DNA of 32,000 nucleotides, taken from the NCBI GenBank assembly GCA_001029695.1, contig CP011211.1, positions 630,001 through 662,000 of the forward strand, written 5' to 3'. Under the pieces are notes generated by a model. That model worked only from the letters and a program-made list of their open reading frames with translations, made no database searches and had not been told where the DNA came from. Made by a program: the position numbers and the translations under genes. This DNA is from Candidatus Saccharimonadota bacterium (lineage in GTDB: Bacteria; Patescibacteriota; Saccharimonadia; Saccharimonadales; Saccharimonadaceae). Positions 17,082 to 24,692 of the stretch are shown one piece after another (the stretch's first letter is position 1; the number at the start of each line of letters is the position of its first letter).

Positions 17082-18313
17082 TAGTGAATCTCCATAATTT
17101 GCTTAACTCTATCGAATGTTTGATCCCATGTAGTGTTTTTATACGCCTTTAATTTCTTTCTTTGTGATTCAAGAAAACTTGGATCGGAGTATTTTAGCAT
17201 GGTTCTTAAGCATTCTTCAGAAGAGGATGGATCAAAATATGATACAAGATCTCCAGCAATCTCAGGAATACTGCTTGCCTGACTGGCAATACAAGGGGTC
17301 TGGTAATACATACTCTCGGCAACTGGTAGTCCCCAGCCCTCATAATGACTAGGATAGATTGTAAACATGCAGTGTTGATATAGCCAGCTTAATTCATTGT
17401 CATCAGCATGATGAAGAAATATGAAATACTCTTTCGTTTCTGGGTCAGATGTCATTAGATCATATACATTATCTGTTAACCAACCTCGTCTGCCAGCAAT
17501 GACAAGTGTCGGCAGAGATTTTCCGCGACTTAATGCAAGTTTGTATGTATAGTAAAGCAATAAGTGGTTTTTACGTGCTTCGATTGTTCCAACGCATAGT
17601 ATAAACTTTGAATTTAACTCAAAAAAAGCATCCGATGGTTGACGAGACGTGACACTGTCAAAATTCTCTCCTAAGCGTATAACTTTTACAGGTGGGCATG
17701 GTAATGACATATCATGCATCCACGCAATCACATCTCTTTTCGTATTTTCAGATACGGAAATAATACTCGCACAAATTGGATATATCTCTTTTACGTAGCT
17801 CCTGAGTCCTTCGGTAGAGTGCGAGGAGTATTGGGGAGTTATTAATGGCAACATATCATGTGCGACTTGATATAAAGAAACCTCGCTCACTTGTATAGCG
17901 TTAATTAAGGCTTTTCGATAATATTGGCTATCCCACTCACCCCAAACAACGAGTAGTTTGTCTTTATTCTGAAATTCAAAAGGATTAAGAGTCGTGTCTG
18001 AAGAGGCTAATACAGTTCGTTTTGCCTTTCTTATCGCTCGCCGAAGAAGTACGGGGGATTTTTGAAAAGCTGCTTTTGCGTGCCAAGACAGGCGGCCTTT
18101 AGTTCTTAAGTTATTTTTTAAACTTTGATGCGCAGTATACATTTCATAGGTGATAGTATCAAATCCCTTACGATCTTCATTCCATACGATATATTCTGAG
18201 TTAAAGTGATTGATGGCCGCAAAGCGTGATGATAATTCATACATTACTCGCGGTATACCAGTCAAACGACCGTCCCAGTTGTAAAGTTGGGTTATATCTA
18301 TAACTACTCGCAC
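17081..18313 (-). CDS. GT4-family glycosyltransferase, tandem paralog A
   Basis: 410 aa, colinear and highly similar to 15834-17081 along its whole length. Examples are DMLPLITPQYSSHSTEGL versus DMLPLVTPQYSSHSTASM, and YPSHYEGWGLPVAESMYYQTPCIASQASSIPEIAG. Confidence 0.85.
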   Translation of the reverse strand: MRVVIDITQLYNWDGRLTGIPRVMYELSSRFAAINHFNSEYIVWNEDRKGFDTITYEMYTAHQSLKNNLRTKGRLSWHAKAAFQKSPVLLRRAIRKAKRTVLASSDTTLNPFEFQNKDKLLVVWGEWDSQYYRKALINAIQVSEVSLYQVAHDMLPLITPQYSSHSTEGLRSYVKEIYPICASIISVSENTKRDVIAWMHDMSLPCPPVKVIRLGENFDSVTSRQPSDAFFELNSKFILCVGTIEARKNHLLLYYTYKLALSRGKSLPTLVIAGRRGWLTDNVYDLMTSDPETKEYFIFLHHADDNELSWLYQHCMFTIYPSHYEGWGLPVAESMYYQTPCIASQASSIPEIAGDLVSYFDPSSSEECLRTMLKYSDPSFLESQRKKLKAYKNTTWDQTFDRVKQIMEIH

Positions 18314-18316
18314 GAC

Positions 18317-20287
18317 TTATAACCCCTTCTCAATCGCACCTACCAGTTGATCAGTAAACGTCTTATAATTCTGCTTCGGTACTTTTTTGTACTTTGACGC
18401 CTCGACTTGTAAAAGTAAGTCATCAGCCGACAGACTGTTTATCAAAAAGTTAGCGTCCTTCATCCTACTTATACTCTCCTCATATTGCATATCAGTCATT
18501 GAGAAAAGCACATCATTACTAGATGCTAGATCATGTGTCTCTGGCGAAACCTCTAGATAGGCCAGTTCATTTGCGGGTGGTTGAATATAGGTGATCTTAT
18601 CACTATCGATTCCCATCAGTTCAAGTGAAGTACATATAGATTCGTACGCTTTTTCAGAAAACACAATTATTTTCTTATGACTAGCAATTAGCGAACCGAT
18701 CCCTTTGAATCTTGTATCTTTAAAATAAAGACTGTCGATTTTCGTTTCAATATCATATCGACTTTGACTAATAAACTTCTGTTCTAACAGCTCTTTCCAG
18801 AGATTAGATAAATCCACGTCATGAAGAATTACTACTCCCGGCTGTGCAAGTATATCAATCATTGATCGAGCAAGGGAGATATCCGAAGACACATGATAAA
18901 GTCTAGTATCGACGTCAGAGATTTGATATCCCTGTTCATTTGATAGCCGAGAAGTAGTAGATATGTAAGGAAGGAAGTTTACCCTACATTCATCCTTATC
19001 TATTTGAGGATTTTGATAATAATGAATATCGTAGCGCTCTGATAACGTTGAGTGCAGCTGAAGTATAAATTTACCTGTTCTCCTTTCTGTTGTCACATCT
19101 GGCAATAGTACCGCAAGCTCGTTATTCTCACCTCCGCCAGTATGCTCTGCGCTGATTATTGCTTGAATTGCTGTATTTGCTGTATTTTTCCAGCTATATT
19201 TACGCAGGATTGCTTCAGCAACCTTACTATCAAACTTTCGAGAAATAACCGCATCGAGAGCCGTTGCAATTTCATCGATCTTCATAGGATTAAACATACA
19301 AAATGCGTCTGTAGATATCTCCCTAAATACTGAAATGTCAGAACAAGCAACGCATTTTTCATTTTCTAATGCCTCAAGAACAGGTAAGCCGAGCCCCTCA
19401 TATTCTGAAGGAAACAATACAGCTTCAGTGTTTTTGTAGAGATAATTTAGTTGCGCACCTGATATGTTTCCGCTAAAAATAACATTATCAGAAAGTCGAG
19501 ACAATTCACTCTTTTCTTCATCTTTAAAATATGAACTAATAACTAATTTATATTTATTATCATATTTGGCATTAAAGACGTTAAACGCTTCTATGCCTCT
19601 TCGGTTATTCTTACGAAGATCATTACCGGTAGGCATCAATATATAAGGATCTTCGATTTGGTACGGCTCTGTTTTCTCATCGTGAATGATTGGACCACCG
19701 TCTACATTTACTATTCGCTGTGGAGGAATTCCTAAATAAACACCTAAGTCATTTGCAACAGTCTTTGAGATTGCTAAGTACACATCGGCCACAAGTAGTT
19801 CACTTAGCTTAGAGAGGTACTCTTTTCTTGTTATTGGATTTCCCAAATACACCTTATGCATCATAAGTGGGATTAAGTCATAAAACAATACCGCTCGACG
19901 AGTCTTAGTAGTAGGAAATACCGGGCTAATTTCCCCTTGCATGAGAGATAGTATGAGAAAATGCTTGTCACCATCAGGGAGTGTACTAATATATGAATCT
20001 ACTATCTTTCGATTTGTCTGGACACTAGAGTCTGGATTAAGTATGTCGTTGGACACTAAGTCTAATTTTTGGATAGATACTTTGTCTAAAAGATTCAATT
20101 CAGATTCTAAACCTTCATCTATACTAAGGCTACTTGAAAGAATTATGTCTATGAAATCCCAATGCTCTTCTGCACTGTTTTCACGCACCATTGATCGTAT
20201 AAGTTCGAGTGAATACTTTCCCATACCCCTATGCCACGCTGGTGTCTGGAAAACTTGTGCATCTATGATTAATCTTTTTTGCATCAT
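18317..20287 (-). CDS. Bimodular glycosyltransferase: a complete GT4 module plus a C-terminal ~260-aa region resembling a second GT-B N-lobe
   Basis: 656 aa. Module 1 has LIIDAQVFQTPAWHRGMGKYS and FPSEYEGLGLPVLEALENEKCVACSD. The C-terminal part has LYHVSSDISLARSMIDILAQPGVVILHDVDLSNLW and KKIIVFSEKAYESI, a pattern typical of GT4 N-lobes. No second E-x7-E region follows. Confidence 0.75.
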   Translation of the reverse strand: MMQKRLIIDAQVFQTPAWHRGMGKYSLELIRSMVRENSAEEHWDFIDIILSSSLSIDEGLESELNLLDKVSIQKLDLVSNDILNPDSSVQTNRKIVDSYISTLPDGDKHFLILSLMQGEISPVFPTTKTRRAVLFYDLIPLMMHKVYLGNPITRKEYLSKLSELLVADVYLAISKTVANDLGVYLGIPPQRIVNVDGGPIIHDEKTEPYQIEDPYILMPTGNDLRKNNRRGIEAFNVFNAKYDNKYKLVISSYFKDEEKSELSRLSDNVIFSGNISGAQLNYLYKNTEAVLFPSEYEGLGLPVLEALENEKCVACSDISVFREISTDAFCMFNPMKIDEIATALDAVISRKFDSKVAEAILRKYSWKNTANTAIQAIISAEHTGGGENNELAVLLPDVTTERRTGKFILQLHSTLSERYDIHYYQNPQIDKDECRVNFLPYISTTSRLSNEQGYQISDVDTRLYHVSSDISLARSMIDILAQPGVVILHDVDLSNLWKELLEQKFISQSRYDIETKIDSLYFKDTRFKGIGSLIASHKKIIVFSEKAYESICTSLELMGIDSDKITYIQPPANELAYLEVSPETHDLASSNDVLFSMTDMQYEESISRMKDANFLINSLSADDLLLQVEASKYKKVPKQNYKTFTDQLVGAIEKGL

Positions 20288-21399
20288 TCTCCTTTTATTA
20301 CAGACTTAGCAATCTTCTTACTTGTTCTATAAACTCTGAGTGGCTTATTCGCACTGTTTACACTATAGAACTTCTTCTGATTTGTGACATCAATATCATG
20401 CGCATGCGTGAGAATGTCTTGAACATCAACTTCACCTACTTCAGGAGTAAAACTTTTTTTAGGTTGAAGTCTGTTTTCTATTTTTGAATTAACTGTACTA
20501 AGCTTTTTCTTTGTATACTTCTTTATATGTGACTTGAGCGATACAATCTCATTCAATTCATTCTGGAGATGCTGTGCATGCGCACTAATGCTTTCAATTT
20601 CTTGATTCTGACTCGTAATGACATTTTTATATTCATTTTCTCGCTCAAGAAGATAATTAACTCTATACTCTTGATCATCAATTAAACGAGCAGCTGTGCT
20701 TGATATGATTGGTGTGCCCAGAACTACTGAATCTACATAAGAAAACGGTGAACGAGCTTTTTTAAGTTTTTTATCGATGAAATATTCATTCAAGCCATCA
20801 AAGAACGCGAGTTTATAGTGATTTAATTCCATAATTTCATGCCAGTCTCGCTTAACATGATTAGCCTCAATACAAATCACTTCAGGTCGATATTTTTTCC
20901 AATCATTACTAGAGAGAACTTCGTATTCATACCCTTCAACGTCAACCTTCATAAACTGTATTGATGAAACATTACATTCTATGAAAACAGATTTTAGAGT
21001 GCGAACTTCAACAATGATATCTTCATATTGATCAGTATTTTCACTTTGAGTGAGAGAATTTTCCTGCATCATATCACCGGAGAATGTTGATAAGCCATCT
21101 CCTTTGTATTGACGAAGTTTGAGGCTTCCAGCTTTTTCGCTAATTCCGATATTGAGCGTTATATCTCTAGGACGCTCAGCAGTAAGAGCCTTATAGTGTT
21201 TCAATTGAGGTTCAATATTAATCCCCGACCACCCTTTTTCATAGAAAAATTTTGTAACCGAGTCAATATTAGGGTCATTAGCGCCCACGTCTACATAACA
21301 CCCTTTTTGAAGACCCTCAAAGAAGCCGGATAAAATAATATCCTCTCTATTCTGAGCGTATGAAACTCGATACCCCTCCGACTTACTTTTCTTTTTCAT
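20284..21399 (-). CDS. FkbM-family (Methyltransf_21) SAM-dependent methyltransferase with a C-terminal coiled-coil and a basic tail
   Basis: 371 aa. The methyltransferase core has YAQNREDIILSGFF..GCYVDVGANDPNIDSVTKFFYEKGWSGINIEP and MKVDVEGYEYEVL. Residues ~238-310 are heptad-like and rich in E/K/Q/N/L (RLIDDQEYRVNYLLERENEYKNVITSQNQEIESISAHAQHLQNELNEIVSLKSHIKK). The tail is KPLRVYRTSKKIAKSVIKGE. There is an ATGA overlap with the next gene. Confidence 0.8.
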   Translation of the reverse strand: MKKKSKSEGYRVSYAQNREDIILSGFFEGLQKGCYVDVGANDPNIDSVTKFFYEKGWSGINIEPQLKHYKALTAERPRDITLNIGISEKAGSLKLRQYKGDGLSTFSGDMMQENSLTQSENTDQYEDIIVEVRTLKSVFIECNVSSIQFMKVDVEGYEYEVLSSNDWKKYRPEVICIEANHVKRDWHEIMELNHYKLAFFDGLNEYFIDKKLKKARSPFSYVDSVVLGTPIISSTAARLIDDQEYRVNYLLERENEYKNVITSQNQEIESISAHAQHLQNELNEIVSLKSHIKKYTKKKLSTVNSKIENRLQPKKSFTPEVGEVDVQDILTHAHDIDVTNQKKFYSVNSANKPLRVYRTSKKIAKSVIKGE

Positions 21400-21402
21400 C
21401 GA

Positions 21403-22527
21403 TTACTCCATTATACCAATAAATTTAGTAAGTTCTCTTACTGTATGTATCCATGTTAGATCGTTTCTTGAAGTAGCCGTCCTGTTTGAAGTCCATGGCG
21501 TGCTAGATAGCATTGCATTCGCAATATCTTGAGACTGAGTCGGTGATACATATGCAACAAGCTTAGTGTTTAATATTTCGTGAAACACTGGAAGATTGGA
21601 AGCAATAACTGGAGTACCGCACGCTTGAGCTTGAACTGGCGGCAAACCAAACCCCTCATGAATTGCCACATGAACATTAGCCCTAGCTCCTGAGTAGAGC
21701 GCGGGAAGATCACTGTCTTTTACGTACATTTCTGGTCTATAAATAGCATAGCCTTCATTTTGCATGACTTGGATTTGATGAAGAGTGTCCTCATTTTTCC
21801 ATCCATCACCCCCGACAATTACGAGTTGAGCTGGAGACTGGACACTATCCGAATAAATTTTATAGCCTTCTAATAGTCTATTAATATTTTTTCTTGGCTC
21901 AATATTTCCGACTGTTATAAAATAGTCGCTCTTTATTTTATACTTATTAAGAATAGGTTTAATCTCGCTAAGCGACTTGGTGACATACTGCGTCTTATCA
22001 ACTCCGAGATATACAGTGCCGACTCGACCAGCTAAATCGGGAAATTCTTTTTCTATTTCATATTTGGACTGCTGTGAAATAGTGATAACTTTGCTTGTAC
22101 GAGCCATCCAACGGTTAAAATTATCATTCAAATAAATAAGATTTTTAGGATGAACTGTTTCTGGAAATAGTCGAAAAGCTATATCATGAACAAAAGTATA
22201 TGAAGTTGACATAGGCACATACCAATTTTTATAGTTTGGAAAAATATAAATACCGCGTCCATAAAAAAAGTCAGCTGCGAATGGAAGAGAAGTCCGAGTT
22301 AGTGCGTAATTAATATATTTATAGCCTGGCGGCAACTGTCGAATCCTTACATTTTTCAGCCCGTAATTTTCCACATATTTTTTACGACCGTACGGAACGA
22401 TGATAACTAATTTATGAGAAGTGCCTTCAATAAAAGCATCTAGCTGTCGAATTATTTCAAGTGTCGTATGGCCGATACCACTCATTTTTCCACTCGCTAT
22501 CGAATCGGCTTCAATGCAAATACGCAT
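21403..22527 (-). CDS. GT4-family glycosyltransferase
   Basis: 374 aa with the N-terminal MRICIEADSIASGKMSGIGHTT and the E-x7-E region VAIHEGFGLPPVQAQACGTPVIASNLPVFHEIL. Confidence 0.85.
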   Translation of the reverse strand: MRICIEADSIASGKMSGIGHTTLEIIRQLDAFIEGTSHKLVIIVPYGRKKYVENYGLKNVRIRQLPPGYKYINYALTRTSLPFAADFFYGRGIYIFPNYKNWYVPMSTSYTFVHDIAFRLFPETVHPKNLIYLNDNFNRWMARTSKVITISQQSKYEIEKEFPDLAGRVGTVYLGVDKTQYVTKSLSEIKPILNKYKIKSDYFITVGNIEPRKNINRLLEGYKIYSDSVQSPAQLVIVGGDGWKNEDTLHQIQVMQNEGYAIYRPEMYVKDSDLPALYSGARANVHVAIHEGFGLPPVQAQACGTPVIASNLPVFHEILNTKLVAYVSPTQSQDIANAMLSSTPWTSNRTATSRNDLTWIHTVRELTKFIGIME

Positions 22528-22530
22528 ATT

Positions 22531-23754
22531 CTATTTCTTTAGAATTTCAAGGTTTATTGGTGGAGCTACTTTATATGGAGTCTTTTGCTCATGCCTTACT
22601 GTGAACTGAGCAGCATCATCCCACCATTGTATAACATCCATATTAATCGGATCCGAGATAGCTGGCTCGATAATGTACGTACCCTCATTGAATATATTCG
22701 AGAGTGACCAAATTAACTCGAAACTGTCTCCAGCTTGAATCGGCTCTTTTGTTTCTTTTCGGATTATTCGACTATTTGTTCCTACTAATCCTTCATCTTG
22801 TTGATTTTTTATAGTCATTCCGTACAACAAACCATCAGGGAAATCTTGTAATGCCTTAATCTTAACCTTAAATGTAAAGTCTTTGTCATCCTGTGTAATA
22901 TTGTGTTTATTAACGATAATCTTTTCGATGTTCGCGCCGCCAGTACCCCATTTACCTTGATTTTGAGCTTTTAATTCTTCGTCCTGCTGTGCTTGATATT
23001 GTTCGGGCATAAAAAGTCTCATATATTCTTTTGCTGTTTGATCTGAAGTACCCTGAAATACTACTTCACTATCATTGATTAAAAGAGCTCGGTCGCAATA
23101 TTCTCGTACAGCATTCATATCGTGACTCACAAAAATAACCGTCTTTTTATCTTTTTTTAATTTCTTAAAATATTCAAAACATTTGCGCTGAAAGTCGGCG
23201 TCACCGACTGCAAGTACCTCGTCAATAAGCAAGACATCAGATTCCGCCAAGACTGTTGCGACAGAAAAAGCTAAACGAACCTGCATTCCTGAAGAATAAT
23301 TCTTGAGCTTTTGATCCATGAATCGCTCGATCTCAGCAAAGGCAACGATGGCATCATATTTATCATCAACCTCGTTACTAGAGAAGCCCATTAAAGCGCC
23401 ATTAAGATACACATTCTCGCGGCCACTCAATTCAGGATTAAAGCCTACGCCAAGTTCAATAAACGGCACAAGCCTACCAGTTACATTAACTGATCCCGTG
23501 GTGGGTTTATATATTCCCGCGATAATCTTTAAAAGAGTACTTTTACCGCTACCATTACGACCAACAATACCGAAAAATTCACCTTTCTTAACTTTAAACG
23601 AAATGTCCTTTAAAGCATGCTGCACTTCTGCAGTTTCGTTCTTTCTAAACGGATTAACAAATGCACCTTTAATTGAATCGACTTTTTCATGAGGAAGAAC
23701 AAAATCTTTTGAGACGGTATTGATATCGATAACAGTAGGTTGGCTCGTTGCCAT
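22531..23754 (-). CDS. wzt: Polysaccharide ABC exporter ATP-binding protein (Wzt/TagH type) with a C-terminal ~140-aa Wzt_C-like beta-sandwich extension
   Basis: 407 aa with Walker A (GIVGRNGSGKSTLLK), the ABC signature (YSSGMQVRLAFS), Walker B (LLIDEVLAVGD) and the H-loop (FVSHD). Residues ~268-407 (nt 22531-22953) begin KWGTGGANIEKIIV and contain GDSFELIWSL..NEGTYIIEPAISD, which resembles the Wzt C-terminal carbohydrate-binding domain pattern. Confidence 0.9.
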   Translation of the reverse strand: MATSQPTVIDINTVSKDFVLPHEKVDSIKGAFVNPFRKNETAEVQHALKDISFKVKKGEFFGIVGRNGSGKSTLLKIIAGIYKPTTGSVNVTGRLVPFIELGVGFNPELSGRENVYLNGALMGFSSNEVDDKYDAIVAFAEIERFMDQKLKNYSSGMQVRLAFSVATVLAESDVLLIDEVLAVGDADFQRKCFEYFKKLKKDKKTVIFVSHDMNAVREYCDRALLINDSEVVFQGTSDQTAKEYMRLFMPEQYQAQQDEELKAQNQGKWGTGGANIEKIIVNKHNITQDDKDFTFKVKIKALQDFPDGLLYGMTIKNQQDEGLVGTNSRIIRKETKEPIQAGDSFELIWSLSNIFNEGTYIIEPAISDPINMDVIQWWDDAAQFTVRHEQKTPYKVAPPINLEILKK

Positions 23755-23756
23755 GA

Positions 23757-24581
23757 TTAAATTTCCTCCGCAAAATCTGGTGATTTTTTCTTAAAATACA
23801 TAATTGAGACTATCGCCAAAATAACAACAATAAATAGCGGCACTAGCTGTATAAAAGGATTCGAAATGAGCGTAGATGTCGTAACGGTTTCCGGATTGAT
23901 AGCAAAGCGTCTTGCATCCTGAATCACCTGCGCCACAGGACTCATCAACATAATCTTCGCAGCCAATTCAGAGCGATCAACTACTAATGAGATAGGGTAC
24001 AACACTGGTGTTGCATAAAAACCAGCCTGCAGTACTACTTCCCATATGTAATTAACGTCACGAAATTTTACATACAGCGCAGAGAGTAAAAAGGCTATTG
24101 ATAGTGAGAAAATGAATAATTCAATAATTAATGGAATTACAAGAAGCAAATTCCATGTAAATGGCACACCATTAACGACCATGAATATCCCCACTACTAT
24201 AAGATTAATACCTAAGTTAATTAATGCTGAAAACGAACCAGCCACAACAATAACATAGCGTGGAAAATAGAGCTTCCTCATTAGATCACCCTTCCCAACG
24301 ATCGCCTGAAGCCCATTGCTAGTTACTTCAGTGAAATAATTCCATAAGACAACACCAAAAAGCAGATAGACTGCAAAGTGAGGGATATCCGCACCAATTT
24401 TAAGAAAGTTTACAAAGACAATATATAAAATCGCAAACAGTGCAAGTGGACGCAATAATGACCATACATACCCAAGGAATGAACCTTTATATCGAAGTTT
24501 AAAATCAGTAATAACTAACTGATTGAGTAGAATGAGCGAATAACGGTATCGCCGCAGAACTTGTTGTATCATTTGACTCAT
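23757..24581 (-). CDS. wzm: Polysaccharide ABC exporter permease (ABC-2 / Wzm / TagG type)
   Basis: 274 aa with six hydrophobic segments and the typical N-terminal LILLNQLVITDFKLRYKGSFLGYVWSLLRPL. It ends 2 nt before the wzt start. An alternative start is the second in-frame ATG at 24572. Confidence 0.85.
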   Translation of the reverse strand: MSQMIQQVLRRYRYSLILLNQLVITDFKLRYKGSFLGYVWSLLRPLALFAILYIVFVNFLKIGADIPHFAVYLLFGVVLWNYFTEVTSNGLQAIVGKGDLMRKLYFPRYVIVVAGSFSALINLGINLIVVGIFMVVNGVPFTWNLLLVIPLIIELFIFSLSIAFLLSALYVKFRDVNYIWEVVLQAGFYATPVLYPISLVVDRSELAAKIMLMSPVAQVIQDARRFAINPETVTTSTLISNPFIQLVPLFIVVILAIVSIMYFKKKSPDFAEEI

Positions 24582-24692
24582 TATATCGTATAACTTAACA
24601 GTTTTACATGTTATGTCATTGTGAAATATAAATATCTACATAACCTGACATGATCCTCGCTCTAAAGTGACTGTTTCCTGTATTATAGATAT

